A stretch of 64,000 bases of DNA from assembly GCA_951406725.2 (NCBI GenBank), contig OX597814.1, forward strand, positions 58,652,001 through 58,716,000, read 5' to 3'. This DNA comes from Octopus vulgaris (lineage: Eukaryota). Shown piece after piece: positions 52,700 to 64,000 of the stretch. A program made the position numbers and the translations under genes. Numbering within the stretch: the stretch's first letter is position 1; each line of letters opens with the position of its first letter. The notes below the pieces were generated by a model, which was not told the DNA's origin, ran no database searches, and was given only the letters and a program-made list of their open reading frames with translations.

Positions 52700-54115
52700 T
52701 CCAAATGTTTTTTGGGAGCACTAAAACAAAAACGAGGATCGTGGTAAAAGAAAAGGCAATACCAGTTGTTAGGTTCAAATGGAACGTGCCGTTTGCAGCG
52801 TTGGACCAGGTCAATAAGAGCTTGAAAGACTAGACAGTCTAGTTATGATTGGAAAAGTCGACCATTCAGACTGGGCAGAGAGAGAATAAAACAAAGAGTG
52901 CGTGCATACTTATTAACTGGATTAAATGACTGTTTAGTCGAACACAATTATTCATTACCAAGCCCAAAAGAAGTGTTCTCAAAACTAAATGGAGGAAACA
53001 TTTTCTCGAACCTAGACCTCTCAAAGGCCTGCCTACAGATAGAGGAAGGCTGTGCAAACTTTTTAACAATCAACACATACCGAGGATTGTATAAATTCAA
53101 GCGGCTTCCTTTTTGAGTAAAAGTGGAGCCTACCATATTCAAACAAGTGATGGACGCAATGTTAAATGATTGCGACTTGGCTTTCGTTTATCTTGAAGAT
53201 ACTTTGATAAGGTGTGAGTCAGTGAGAAACACTTCGAAACTATTAAAATAGCATACGGAAAAATAATTGAATACGGGTTTAGTGCAACAGAGGAAAAGAA
53301 TTAATTTTTGATGGAAAAATCAAATATTTTACTCAGGTAATTGACGATAGGGGACGAAGGCAAAACCCATCAAGGAGGACAGCAATACGGGATGTGCCTC
53401 CCACACAGAAAGTCGAATTATTACATGCACTTTTAGGCTTGGTAAACTACTATCAAATATATATACTGAACATACACAAGGGCTCCATTAAACGATCTGT
53501 TAAAAAAGGATGGAAAATGGCTTTGATTAGAAAAATGCCAGAATGCATTTGAGGAACTAAAATGCATGTTAACTTCAGACTTGTCGCTTACACTTGTCGA
53601 TCCGAAGTTAGAAACGACACTGGCAACATATGCTAGTGAGTACGGGATAGGTGACCTACTCCTGCACAAATGGAAAGATGGCAGCCAAAATGCCATAGCT
53701 CACGCGTCAAGGACGCTACTGCCAGCGGACAAAAATTATAGCCAGCTTGAAAAAGAGGCATTGCTTTATACATGGTAATCGATTCAGGTTACAAACAGAC
53801 TATCGTCCGTTGCTAATAATTTATGGCTCCAAGAAAAAAATCCCAGTACATACAGCAAACAGATTGCAGCGATGGAGCACCATACTACTAAACTAGGACT
53901 ACTCTATGGAATATTTATCTTCGAAAAATTTAGGGCATACTGACAGCCTATCCAGGTTAAAACCCAGAAATGACGAACCATTCAAGGACAGAGTAATAGC
54001 AGCGCTAAGAGCCGAAAGAGAAATTAAATACATAATGTAGAACATTGTACGAGAGTTACCAATAACTCCGGAGGGGATAAAGCGACACGCGTCAAAAGAA
54101 AAGTTCATTAATGAA
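52700..54115 (+). mobile_element. Ty3/gypsy pol remnant (RT and RNase H), pseudogenised
   Basis: VPFAALDQVNK, YSLPSPKEVFSKLNGGNIFSNLDLSKA, TINTYRGLYKFKRLPF, ASEYGIG..IAHASRTLLPADKNYSQLEKEAL and ANRLQRW. Stops and frameshifts; no LTRs seen. Confidence 0.9.
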
Positions 54116-57100
54116 AAAATAAAAAAAAAACTCTGTGGTCAGCTAAAGAAAGGCACTTGCTCATCCTTCTCTCCATTGGAATACAATTTCAATAAATTGC
54201 AAATTCATCTCCTATGATATGTAAGATTCTTTAACTCTTCTTTATATTTTCATATCAATATCTCTGGCCAACTGTCTGTTGTATCTCTTAGCTCCACAAT
54301 TATAATGCTGATGTGTATAGAATTAAAGGACCTACCGATGCATTTTTCACAGTAGACCTTATGAAATGATACCAGTATTATGAACATATGTAATTGCTTT
54401 AACATTATAATAAATAAGAGCCCACAGCCTGTAGCAAAATAATATAAAATCCAAATAGCAACTTTACCAAAGACAGATCTACAAGTAGGTCTTGTAACGT
54501 ATTTGAAATAACCGCTATATACCATACTCAAATCTCTTACTATCAAAAAACCGAAGGATTCGGTGAATGAGGCTTGTGAATATTATCACTGAAAAATTGA
54601 GACATAGGACGAATTGGTGCTTACCTCTAGTTCAATGATACAAGCAAATTCTATAAGGTATTTCTATAAACCTATAAGGTCTATTCATGTTATAGCTTCT
54701 ACTATTTCCATATAATTATATAACAAATATACTGACATTCAGCGAGAAACTAGAGTAATGGTATCTGTTTTGTTAAGTAGCAAATCCCCGAAGTGGTAAC
54801 TGTTCTTGAGGCAAGGCAAATACATTATAAAGAACCTCAAAACTTGTAGCAAAACAACCGATCGAAACAGATTAGATATGATTGTAAGCTGAATTTTTTA
54901 TGCTCCTTCTTCAATCATACATAGTGCGTATGCCTACTTTATTTGCATATAGTTTTGCTGATACGCATTGAAACTATACAAACAGTAAAGTAAAATATTT
55001 TTGTAACTGTAATTTGTAACCCAATGGCATTGATCTTTGTTTAGTGGACTCAGTTCAGTTAAAGGTACGATTTTCGATCTGTAAATTCGTATTTCAAATT
55101 CTGTGTAAATATATTTTTAAAATCACCTATCAAACTGTCGTAAGGCATCATCCATAGTTTATGTACATTATCTTTTAACTCTATATGATTTAAATGAGAA
55201 ATGAATGTAGAAAAAAATTGTTAAGATAATAACAGTTATAAAATAATGAAATCACTTACATTTAAAACCTCGGTATTCTGTTTGCAAGATCTGATTATTT
55301 GGTGTATTTAACTACTACAGCGAAAGCAATTTAGGCTATGGATATTTTTATGCGAATTTATTAAAAGAACTTAACCGAAATCGAAAATATCACAGTTTTC
55401 TTTTAATTGAATCAGCTGGACAAAAATTAATATATTTTTATATATCTAACATTTATTTTTATTTTTGGATACTAAATATTTTAAGTAAATATCTATATAA
55501 AAGTCCAATTATTAATCTGATGTTCATTATTCAGTGACACCGTAATTACTCAATGACATAATTGTCGGGATCAAGATTCACGACTTCTCTTTTTAACCCC
55601 CTATTCCACTCATTCTCTGTCTCTCTGCATCTCTCAGAAACACAACTTTGAATAGTGCAGTATATCCTCGTTCATATGAGTTTGAAGAACGCAGTCGTCT
55701 TCTATCTCTAGATTTTGTATGAAATGTGGGGAATTTTTAATGTCGGAATATAAAAGCATATCTGCTAACAATAATGTCGGTAATTTCCGTTAGTAAAACA
55801 GTTTAAGTGTTACACACATACTAACATAAACTGATCGATATATAGACAGACAAATAGAGAGAATGATAGACAGACTAATAGGCATACTGATGGATACATA
55901 AAGAAACAGACTGATAAGATGACAGGCAAGTAGATAGACATACTGATAGGCATACATACATATAGATTGATAGATACACAGATAGACAGACAAACAGACT
56001 GATAGTTGTAATAGATTGAGAGACAGATAGACAAAGAGATAAGCAAACAGACTGTCAGTCAGATAGATAGAAAGATTGATTCAGAAACACTCTGATAGCT
56101 GGTAGTGTGTGTGTGTGGGGGGGGGGTATTCTTAGATACCCTGAAATACCCCGAACAAAAGAAGAGAGAAATCAATACATTCTCTATCAATACATTTGAC
56201 AGAGAACATTTATTATATAAGGTCCTAAATTTAGCATAGAGTATTCAGTTACAAGATCTTCATACAGTTCAGTGCATGCGTATGAGTATGTGTATGTGCA
56301 TGTGTGTATTTGTGCGTGGGTGAGCTGTACTGTAATTAAGTATGAATATGTATTCATATTTAGGTAGTTAAATCAAAAGTGTGTTACTAACCCGTGAACT
56401 CTGTGCTTGCCCCTGTCCATCAAATGGATGATATTGAATTTAACTATTTAAAGGACTGATATATTCTATAGTGAAGCGTATGCTTTCATGGCATACTGTT
56501 TTACACCATAAGATTGTTTCTCCTGCACTTTCTTGCTGAAGAAGAAACTATCTGCTCAATCACTGGGATACTTTTCTCCAAAGAATATATCTTATACCTC
56601 TACTTCGATAATGCCTTTTTCCTTATATCAAGTAAAACGAATTACCTCAAAAGGAGATTATTTTCATTAGGCTAAGCGAAAAAAATATTGACTCGATCCA
56701 TCTATATAACTGATATTCGATTGTTAGTAATACTGTCCTCTAATAAGTATTTGAAGTAGCATTTATTTCAATACTATTGCCTCCTAAATGGATACATTTT
56801 TATGTACTTTGAAAATGTTCTCTGCGAATGATAAAATTACTTTTCAATATTGTTTTCGATAGTGATGTATAACTTTTCTTTTAGCGATGTCATGATTGAT
56901 GACATCTCGTTCAGGTAGTGGATTGATCTGTGCGTGTCGAGACGAATAAAATTGTTTAGATTTATATTATACACAGCAGAGGTCTTACAAACTGAAAGAA
57001 AATGATGCAATTGTAAATCAAGAAAAAAATTTGGAATAAGATTTAAACAGCAAATTAATGCTAAAGTTATGTTACGAAGTATATGAAACTTAAGACATTT

Positions 57101-57721
57101 GTATTGTCTGATTGTATAAGTTTCCCTTCTAGTCTGATTTCATCTATAATTTCCTCGTTAAACACACTTTTTCATAGAAAAATATTTTACTAACGTAAAA
57201 TCATAACTAATGCAATTGTTTTCAGAGGGTACTTCACAAAATTTGCGAGGGAACTCAATTTTTATAATTAACCACAAAATTTATGTACTAACATTTCTTT
57301 CAATATCTTTTATTGTGTTTGCAAATGAAATTTTATGAGGATTGGGCATACATTATGTGATATCTAAAATACTGTTGAAATTAGCTAACATTATCTTTCT
57401 AGATTTAAAACCTTTAAAAACAAATATTGATTGAGTTACAATTATGATTTTTTAAGTGATATTGTTCGTGTGACTGATAATAACAAATAAATATATTTGT
57501 AATAACATAGCCCTATATTTCGATCTGTTGTTAATCGTACAAGTAAATAAGGAATATTACAGTGTGGCCTGCAAAAATAGAACACGACCAAACTTAGTCA
57601 AAAACGTAGGAGCAAGAGTAACATTATTAACCTTGTCAAATACCATATCTGCTATAAACATCAACAGAGGCATAAAAAAGCAGACAGCAAAAACTACGAC
57701 ATTAAATCGTAATATACATAC

Positions 57722-57912
57722 CACGTTTGATGACTTATTGTTAGGCTTCTCCAGACGCATGCAGAAAATCTTCGCTAAAATACCGAAACAGATCTTCTTG
57801 ATGATGATGGGAACTTCGTGTCCTCGTGCTCCCTTGTGGTGAATATTTAAGGTGAATACTGTCATGGCCGTGGCAAATGATACAATTGAGATGGTGATAC
57901 CATAGTAGATAC
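57722..57912 (-). CDS. Internal exon encoding M3 and the start of the intracellular loop of the nAChR-like subunit
   Basis: GIYYGITISIVSFATAMTVFTLNIHHKGARGHEVPIIIKKICFGILAKIFCM matches nAChR M3 + LN.HH + MX helix. Acceptor tcttacag| (phase 1) and donor GTG|GTATGT (phase 0). Upstream exons lie beyond the window. Confidence 0.93.
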
Positions 57913-58729
57913 CTGTAAGAGATGACACATATATCAATGTACGTATACTTAAAAATATACTTACATAAGGAAACATGCATAAATCGTTAAACACAAACAC
58001 ATACGGAAGACCCCATTATTGTGTGTGTATGTGTATGAGCGTACGTGTATACACTTGTGTGTGAGCATGTGTATATATATTATATATACAAAGACACTCA
58101 CACATATGCATCTATTACATAAGATCTGTACATATTATAGGTTTTCTGGATAGTAGTTTTCTCATGAGGAATATTATTTTCAATTATTCTGCGTGCATAT
58201 CTATTAACGTGACTCATATCTTACGCATTTGAAAATAAATATTTAAGAATTAAATATCTGTTAATTTATATTTTAAGTGCTTTAGTGCTGGAGATAATGT
58301 AAATAAGTTACGATTGGAAATATAATCGTGCATCGCAAACAAATATTATTGAGAATTACTCCAGATCGTATATTCCATTATCAAACACATTCATATAACG
58401 CAAAAGACAACAAAGTACTTTATTTTCAATATGAAAACTTATTACAAGTAAATGTACTCTGCTCTGCTATACAACTGGTTATGCGTGATGCCAAGCAACT
58501 AGTTGTGCGTGTTTGAAGTGTAATGGAGTAGTAAATGAGAGAATTGGTGAAACCGTGGGCAGTATTTAACGAATGACTTCATTTGAATCCCTTTGTTATA
58601 TATATTATACCTTATATATATATATATATGTGTGTGAGTGTATGTATGTATGTATGTATGTATGTATGTATGTATGTATGTATGTATACATACATATATA
58701 TGCATATATATATACAAATATATATTCTT

Positions 58730-59112
58730 TTATAGGCTTCAGTCATTTTAGTGCGAGAATGCTGGGGCACCGCCTTTAGTGGAAAAAATCGACCCCTGGA
58801 CTTACTTTTTGTAAGGCTAGTAGGTACTTATTCTATCGGCTCTTTGGCTGAACCTCTCAGTTACTGGGACGTAGCCACACACACATCTGTTGTCAAGCAA
58901 TGGTGAGGGGACAAACACAGACACACAAACATACACATACACACATATACAATATGGGCTTCTTTCAGTTTCCGTCTAACAAATCTACTCACAAAGCATT
59001 GGTAGGCCCGATGTTATCGTTGAAGACACTTGCCCAAGGTACCACGCAGTGGGACTGAATACCGAACCATGTGGTTGGGAAGCAAGCTTCTTCCTACACA
59101 GCCACACCTGCG
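58730..59112 (-). mobile_element. SINE family B, near full length
   Basis: Reverse complement of the 49770-50210 architecture. Confidence 0.8.
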
Positions 59113-60258
59113 CCTTCAAGAAATTCCTGTCAGAAGTGGGATGGGATATACTACATACACAGATACATACATACATACATACATACATACATACATACAC
59201 ACACACAAACACACACATATATATATTAAAATCAAAATAAGTAACAATGCTATCCAGAGGTAATGCAGTACGATCGTTTCATGCAACTCCATTTAATTGA
59301 ACAATGCAATCATTACATCAATTTAAAATGCAGAGCAATGTTCAGGTGCACAAAGACAGAATTTAATTAAATTAGAACAGACGGACATATTAGTATAATT
59401 TTACCGAAAATCTCCAAGAAGTTAAGGAGATAGAAAAAGAATATGCTGCCTTCACTCCAGTTTAGAAGTTACTGAAATTTTCAAGAAGATATACACTGTT
59501 ACAGACTCTGCCTGTCACTGCTTTTTGGTTATATGGGGTCAGTTTTAATTTATAGACAAGCTTATCAAATCCCTTGTATATCTGAGGCTGAGAGAACAGA
59601 GGGCAGTATCTGTTAGAGGTAGGACTGAGGGAGCAGGCAGACATCATAGTTGGCATAGTCATAAAAATCAATATTTATTAGAAGCAATACCATTAGGTTT
59701 GGTAAAGGAAAACTCAAAACAAGATGTTAGCTGATAATTAATGGGGGTAGCCCACTAGCAGACCATTAATAACGAAACAAGGGAAGACTTATCATGTAGT
59801 ACTATAGTTAGATATTTTAAACAATGTTGGTATATGTATACAGTTAAAATTTAGGGTTATTCAAAGGATTATTAAGAAGAATATTATAACAAAAGGATAG
59901 AAATTTATGAATACTTTTGAGTATATACCCAACTTTTACCACAATAGAGGGAGGAAAAAATTATCCAGAAATAGTTTAATATTTATACATATTGTATACT
60001 TAAACACAAAATCATCAGGTGGTATCTGTGAATATTGATTAATTGGTATATACTGGTATTAATATATATATATATATATAGACAAACATATATATATATA
60101 TTCATATATGTATATATATATATATATACATATACATCTATCTATCTATCTATCTATGCAAACACACACACACACACATATATATATATACATACATACA
60201 TATACATCTATATAGCTATCTATATATATTCATGCATATAATATATACATATATATAC

Positions 60259-60334
<76 letters not shown>

Positions 60335-60340
<6 letters not shown>

Positions 60341-60841
60341 ATAAAATCCTCTGTGCGTGTATGTTTCTTCTATGCACGGCCAAACCGCTGGATTAATCTG
60401 TGCCAAATTTGGCATGAACGCTTTCATTACTCGCGGAAGGTTAAAGGGTGGGTCGTATAGGGGGCTTTAGACCCCACGTCACGAACCTTTCGATTTGTTT
60501 TCAGTACTATAATACCAAGTTTAGCAAGGATGTTTTTCATTATTCGGGGAAGGTTGTAGGGGGTCAAATATTCTGCCCTTGCCTATATAGGGGGCTATAT
60601 AGGACCTCCCTATACGACCCTTCCGATTTTGATTTTCAGTGGTACAATAGTTTCACATTTCGCAACACTATAGTTTCACTTTTATTGTTAGAGGCCGAAA
60701 GTATGTGTTAGTGTGTGTGAAAGAGAGAGAAAGAGAGAGAGAGAGGGAGAGAGAGAGAGGGAGAGAGAGAGAGAGAATGGGTGATAGCGTATATTTTATT
60801 TATTTACATATTCTCGCATGTTTATTAAAGTGTGCTTGACT

Positions 60842-60875
<34 letters not shown>

Positions 60876-61645
60876 GAGAGAGAGAGAGATGTGTTGTCAT
60901 GAATCTGGAATATGGCTAGGATCAGTCATACACGCACGCGAACACATACGTGCACCCATTACATATCATATACACTTACATAAATACATATGCATATATG
61001 TTTATTATATGTGTGCGTGTGTGGGAAAGAGAAAGAATCAGTCAGTTATTGAAGGTGTGCGTTCTCGTGACAATTTTATTGTTGCATCTATGTATAAGTA
61101 GCTAAGTAAAATTTCGGCTATCACTCTCTCTCTCTCTCTCTCCCTCCTTCTCTGTGCCACACACACACACACACAAACGGAAACTAACCCTTCCTCTCTC
61201 TCTATTAGTCAATCACTCACACATTCACTGAAAAAATTGGCAAGAAAAAATGAATGAAAAATGTACGTTGTCACTTTTTCTCTCTCCCTCCCACAACACA
61301 AACTTTCTGCCTCGCTCCCCCTCCATCAACACATACACACGTCTATGGCCATTTCATCACTCCTTGCTTCTCCTTGCTTCTTTCATGGGCAATTTATTTG
61401 TAGGATGTCCCAAAACTCTCTTTTCATTGAACACACTAATTAAAGGGCACACTGAAAAAATTGTATATTTAGAAGTTCTACAAAATTAAACTGTGATTGA
61501 TTTCAGGATTTGTTTTAATAATTTTGTTTAAGCTCACATCAACTGATGAAATTTTTCTGAAATTATCTTTTATTCTGATAGAATAAATATATATATTTCC
61601 TTTAAAATTCTTAACCCTTTGAGCAACGCTGGGTACTTAAACTAG
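60335..61645 (+). mobile_element. Non-autonomous Helitron-like element
   Basis: 5' tataaaatcctctgtgcgtgtatgt...aaaccgctgga...ccaaatttggc. The 3' end is an imperfect GC-rich hairpin ccc..gagcaacgctggg followed by CTAG|T at 61642-61646. No TIR or TSD. Confidence 0.65.
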
Positions 61646-61647
61646 TA

Positions 61648-61691
<44 letters not shown>

Positions 61692-61771
61692 TAAACACGC
61701 AAGAAAAAGTAAATAGATAAAATGTACGCTATCACTCATTCTCGCTCTCTCTCTCTCTCTCTTTCTTTCTT

Positions 61772-61802
<31 letters not shown>

Positions 61803-62110
61803 TTCTTTCTTTCTCTCTCTCTCTCTTTCTCTCTCTTTCACACATACTTTTTACCCCTTTACCTTAATTAGCGATTATTCGAATAGCTCATTTGTGTAAA
61901 TAGCGGTCAATAACAGTAATTTCCCTTTGTATAACGGTCATTTTTCATAGCGTTTTTCAGATGGCCGGATAACTGAAGAGATGGTGGTGTGGATTTCCAC
62001 CTCGACATCCGAAACTCAGAGTCGTATTTTGGCTACCGAATAATTGTCACATATTACATTTACAGATAAATTACATATTACATTTACAGATAAATAAATA
62101 TATATATATT

Positions 62111-62586
62111 ATTTAGAGATAGAAGTCCCCATGCAATTCATCCAACCCTAATATACATCACACCATATAATATTTCAGTTCCAAATTTCTCTTCTACACG
62201 TGTTTTATGAGGTGCGTTTAACGTCCACTAGACACTCAATCTTTTTCAGAAACATGCAACCCCAGTCATCAGGACTCTTCATAACTTTTTTATAATTCAA
62301 TAACTATTCCTATATTTTAATATTTTAAGAGTTACGAATGTAACTAACAAACAAACATGCGAGTGGGTAAATAAATTCGCTGAATCTTGTCGTGCAAGCC
62401 ATAAATTTAATTGATTAAAAATTAAAAAATTACAAAATAAATTCTAACGTGACTTATGCATAAACATGAAACACGTGTAGAAGAGAAATTTTGAACTGAA
62501 ATTGTAAGTATTAAAATAAAATTCTATGATATGGTGTGATGTATATTAGGATTTGATGAATTGCATGGGGATTTCTATCTCTAAAT
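62111..62586. mobile_element. MITE with about 100-bp imperfect TIRs
   Basis: atttagagatagaagtccccatgcaattcatc... is inverted to ...gatgaattgcatggggatttctatctctaaat; ctcttctacacgtgttt is inverted to aaacacgtgtagaagag. Confidence 0.85.
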
Positions 62587-62698
62587 GAAATATATTTCCT
62601 TATCGAGAATAATTCAATTTATTTGAATCACTGTGACGCCGGAATTTTTATTCCCTAATAAATAAAATCATCTCTCTCTCGCTCTTTCTCTCTCTCTC

Positions 62699-62737
<39 letters not shown>

Positions 62738-62756
62738 TCATATTGAAGAATGTATT

Positions 62757-62820
<64 letters not shown>

Positions 62821-63317
62821 ATAATTATAATGATAGAGAACACGGAGATAGGTACATCCTCAAAATTTACTTCCTTTTATTTTACAGGTTGTCATACATC
62901 ATATTTTTATGGTTACGACGACTTAGACGTGTTTCTGCTACACAGTATGCGCAGTTGCATACGCAACCGGGCATTATTTTCTGTGCAGCTACGATCAGGG
63001 TTTTTCCCCAAGCTTTACACGAAGCGAACAGAATTCAGTTATTTGCTGAATTAGTGGTTAGCATCCTGCAAGAAGCGAAGGAAGGTTAGTTTGAATCTGA
63101 AATCTGATATGATTGTAAAACTCTTTGGTTGACCTCAGCTTCACACCAGTTGCTGGCTGAATGACTGGATTCTGTCTAATTAGGTCAAAGTCTATTTTAT
63201 GGTATTACCAGACTTGTTTCGTGTATTGTAGTAGATGGGTTCTTAATAAGCTTCTATATATATATATGTATTATGTATATGTAGATATACATATATGTAA
63301 ATATATGTAAATATATG

Positions 63318-63404
<87 letters not shown>

Positions 63405-63409
<5 letters not shown>

Positions 63410-64000
63410 TTTCGTATCTCTATGTGTTCGACGTCTTTTTGGTGTCCTGTACACATATATGCGTGTATATGTACATGTAGAGGTAGGTACGTACATATAT
63501 GTTTATATATATGCATATATTTTATTAACATATTATACGACTAAACGCACGCACCCTATTAAGTAAGATTGTTCTGTTTATCAAGTTCGCCTTGATATTA
63601 ACTCTCACGCGACTCTGCATCTTTCTTTCTTTCTCTCCCATTCCCTTTTTCGTCTTTTTTCCCTCACTTAACTTGTCTCTTCTCTCTCTCTCCCCCTCAC
63701 TGTTCTTCATGGTCTCCTCGCACCATTCCCCTTCTTCTCTCTCTTCCTCTTGCTCCTCCTCCCCCATTCCCGTCGTCCATCTGCGACCATACTTCCGTCA
63801 TAACTGCTATCCTGTCCTTTCTCGCCCGCCTTCTAAGGCCTCTGGTCGACATCTTCCTCTCTCGTCGTCCACTATAATCCAGCGTTTGCAATACTTTTTT
63901 CGTCTGGCGTTAACAGCCCTTCTTATTTTGTTCTCCTTGTCCTGTCTCTCACTGTTATATATTTATTTTTCCACTGTTTATATATATATTTTTTACTGTT
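63405..64000 (+). mobile_element. Relative of the 32015-32828 element, starting at a different point of the unit and running off the window
   Basis: gttcgacgtc..tggtgtcctgtacaca...tacatgtaga.gtaggtacgta...tgcatatat.tt matches 32630-32770, then continues into a pyrimidine-rich segment with ggtcgac as at 32100-32200. Confidence 0.65.

Noticed and set aside
15001-57912. Calling the gene a cephalopod chemotactile receptor or assigning a CHRNA symbol
   Set aside because: Chemotactile receptors are described as largely intronless in the coding region, whereas this gene has large introns. The ligand-binding domain and M1-M2, needed for subtype and ion selectivity, are outside the window.
57557-58000. 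The 147-aa ORF as a stand-alone protein
   Set aside because: Only 57722-57912, bounded by splice sites, resembles nAChR; the flanks are intron read-through.

Overview
AT-rich, microsatellite-dense animal genomic DNA; the SINE, LINE and microsatellite content points to an octopus or other coleoid cephalopod (inference). The window holds the 3' part of a minus-strand Cys-loop ligand-gated ion channel gene resembling a nicotinic acetylcholine receptor subunit. It has an M3 exon at 57722-57912, a probable loop exon at 36451-36543 and a terminal MA/M4 exon at 15001-15387. The very large introns contain a young 5'-truncated RTE LINE, several Penelope-like element (PLE) remnants with GIY-YIG/RT fragments and minimal hammerhead motifs, mariner, maT and gypsy remnants, foldback MITEs, a non-autonomous Helitron and many tRNA-derived SINEs. 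The strongest unexplained signal is two sequence-divergent repeats (32477-32536 and 35175-35234) that each carry a full hammerhead core in a non-circularly permuted, pseudoknotted order, with covarying stems I and III and near-identical spacing. Several long inverted repeats could fold the receptor pre-mRNA into dsRNA. Most ORF-track entries are microsatellite artefacts. Repeat boundaries were read by eye and are approximate.
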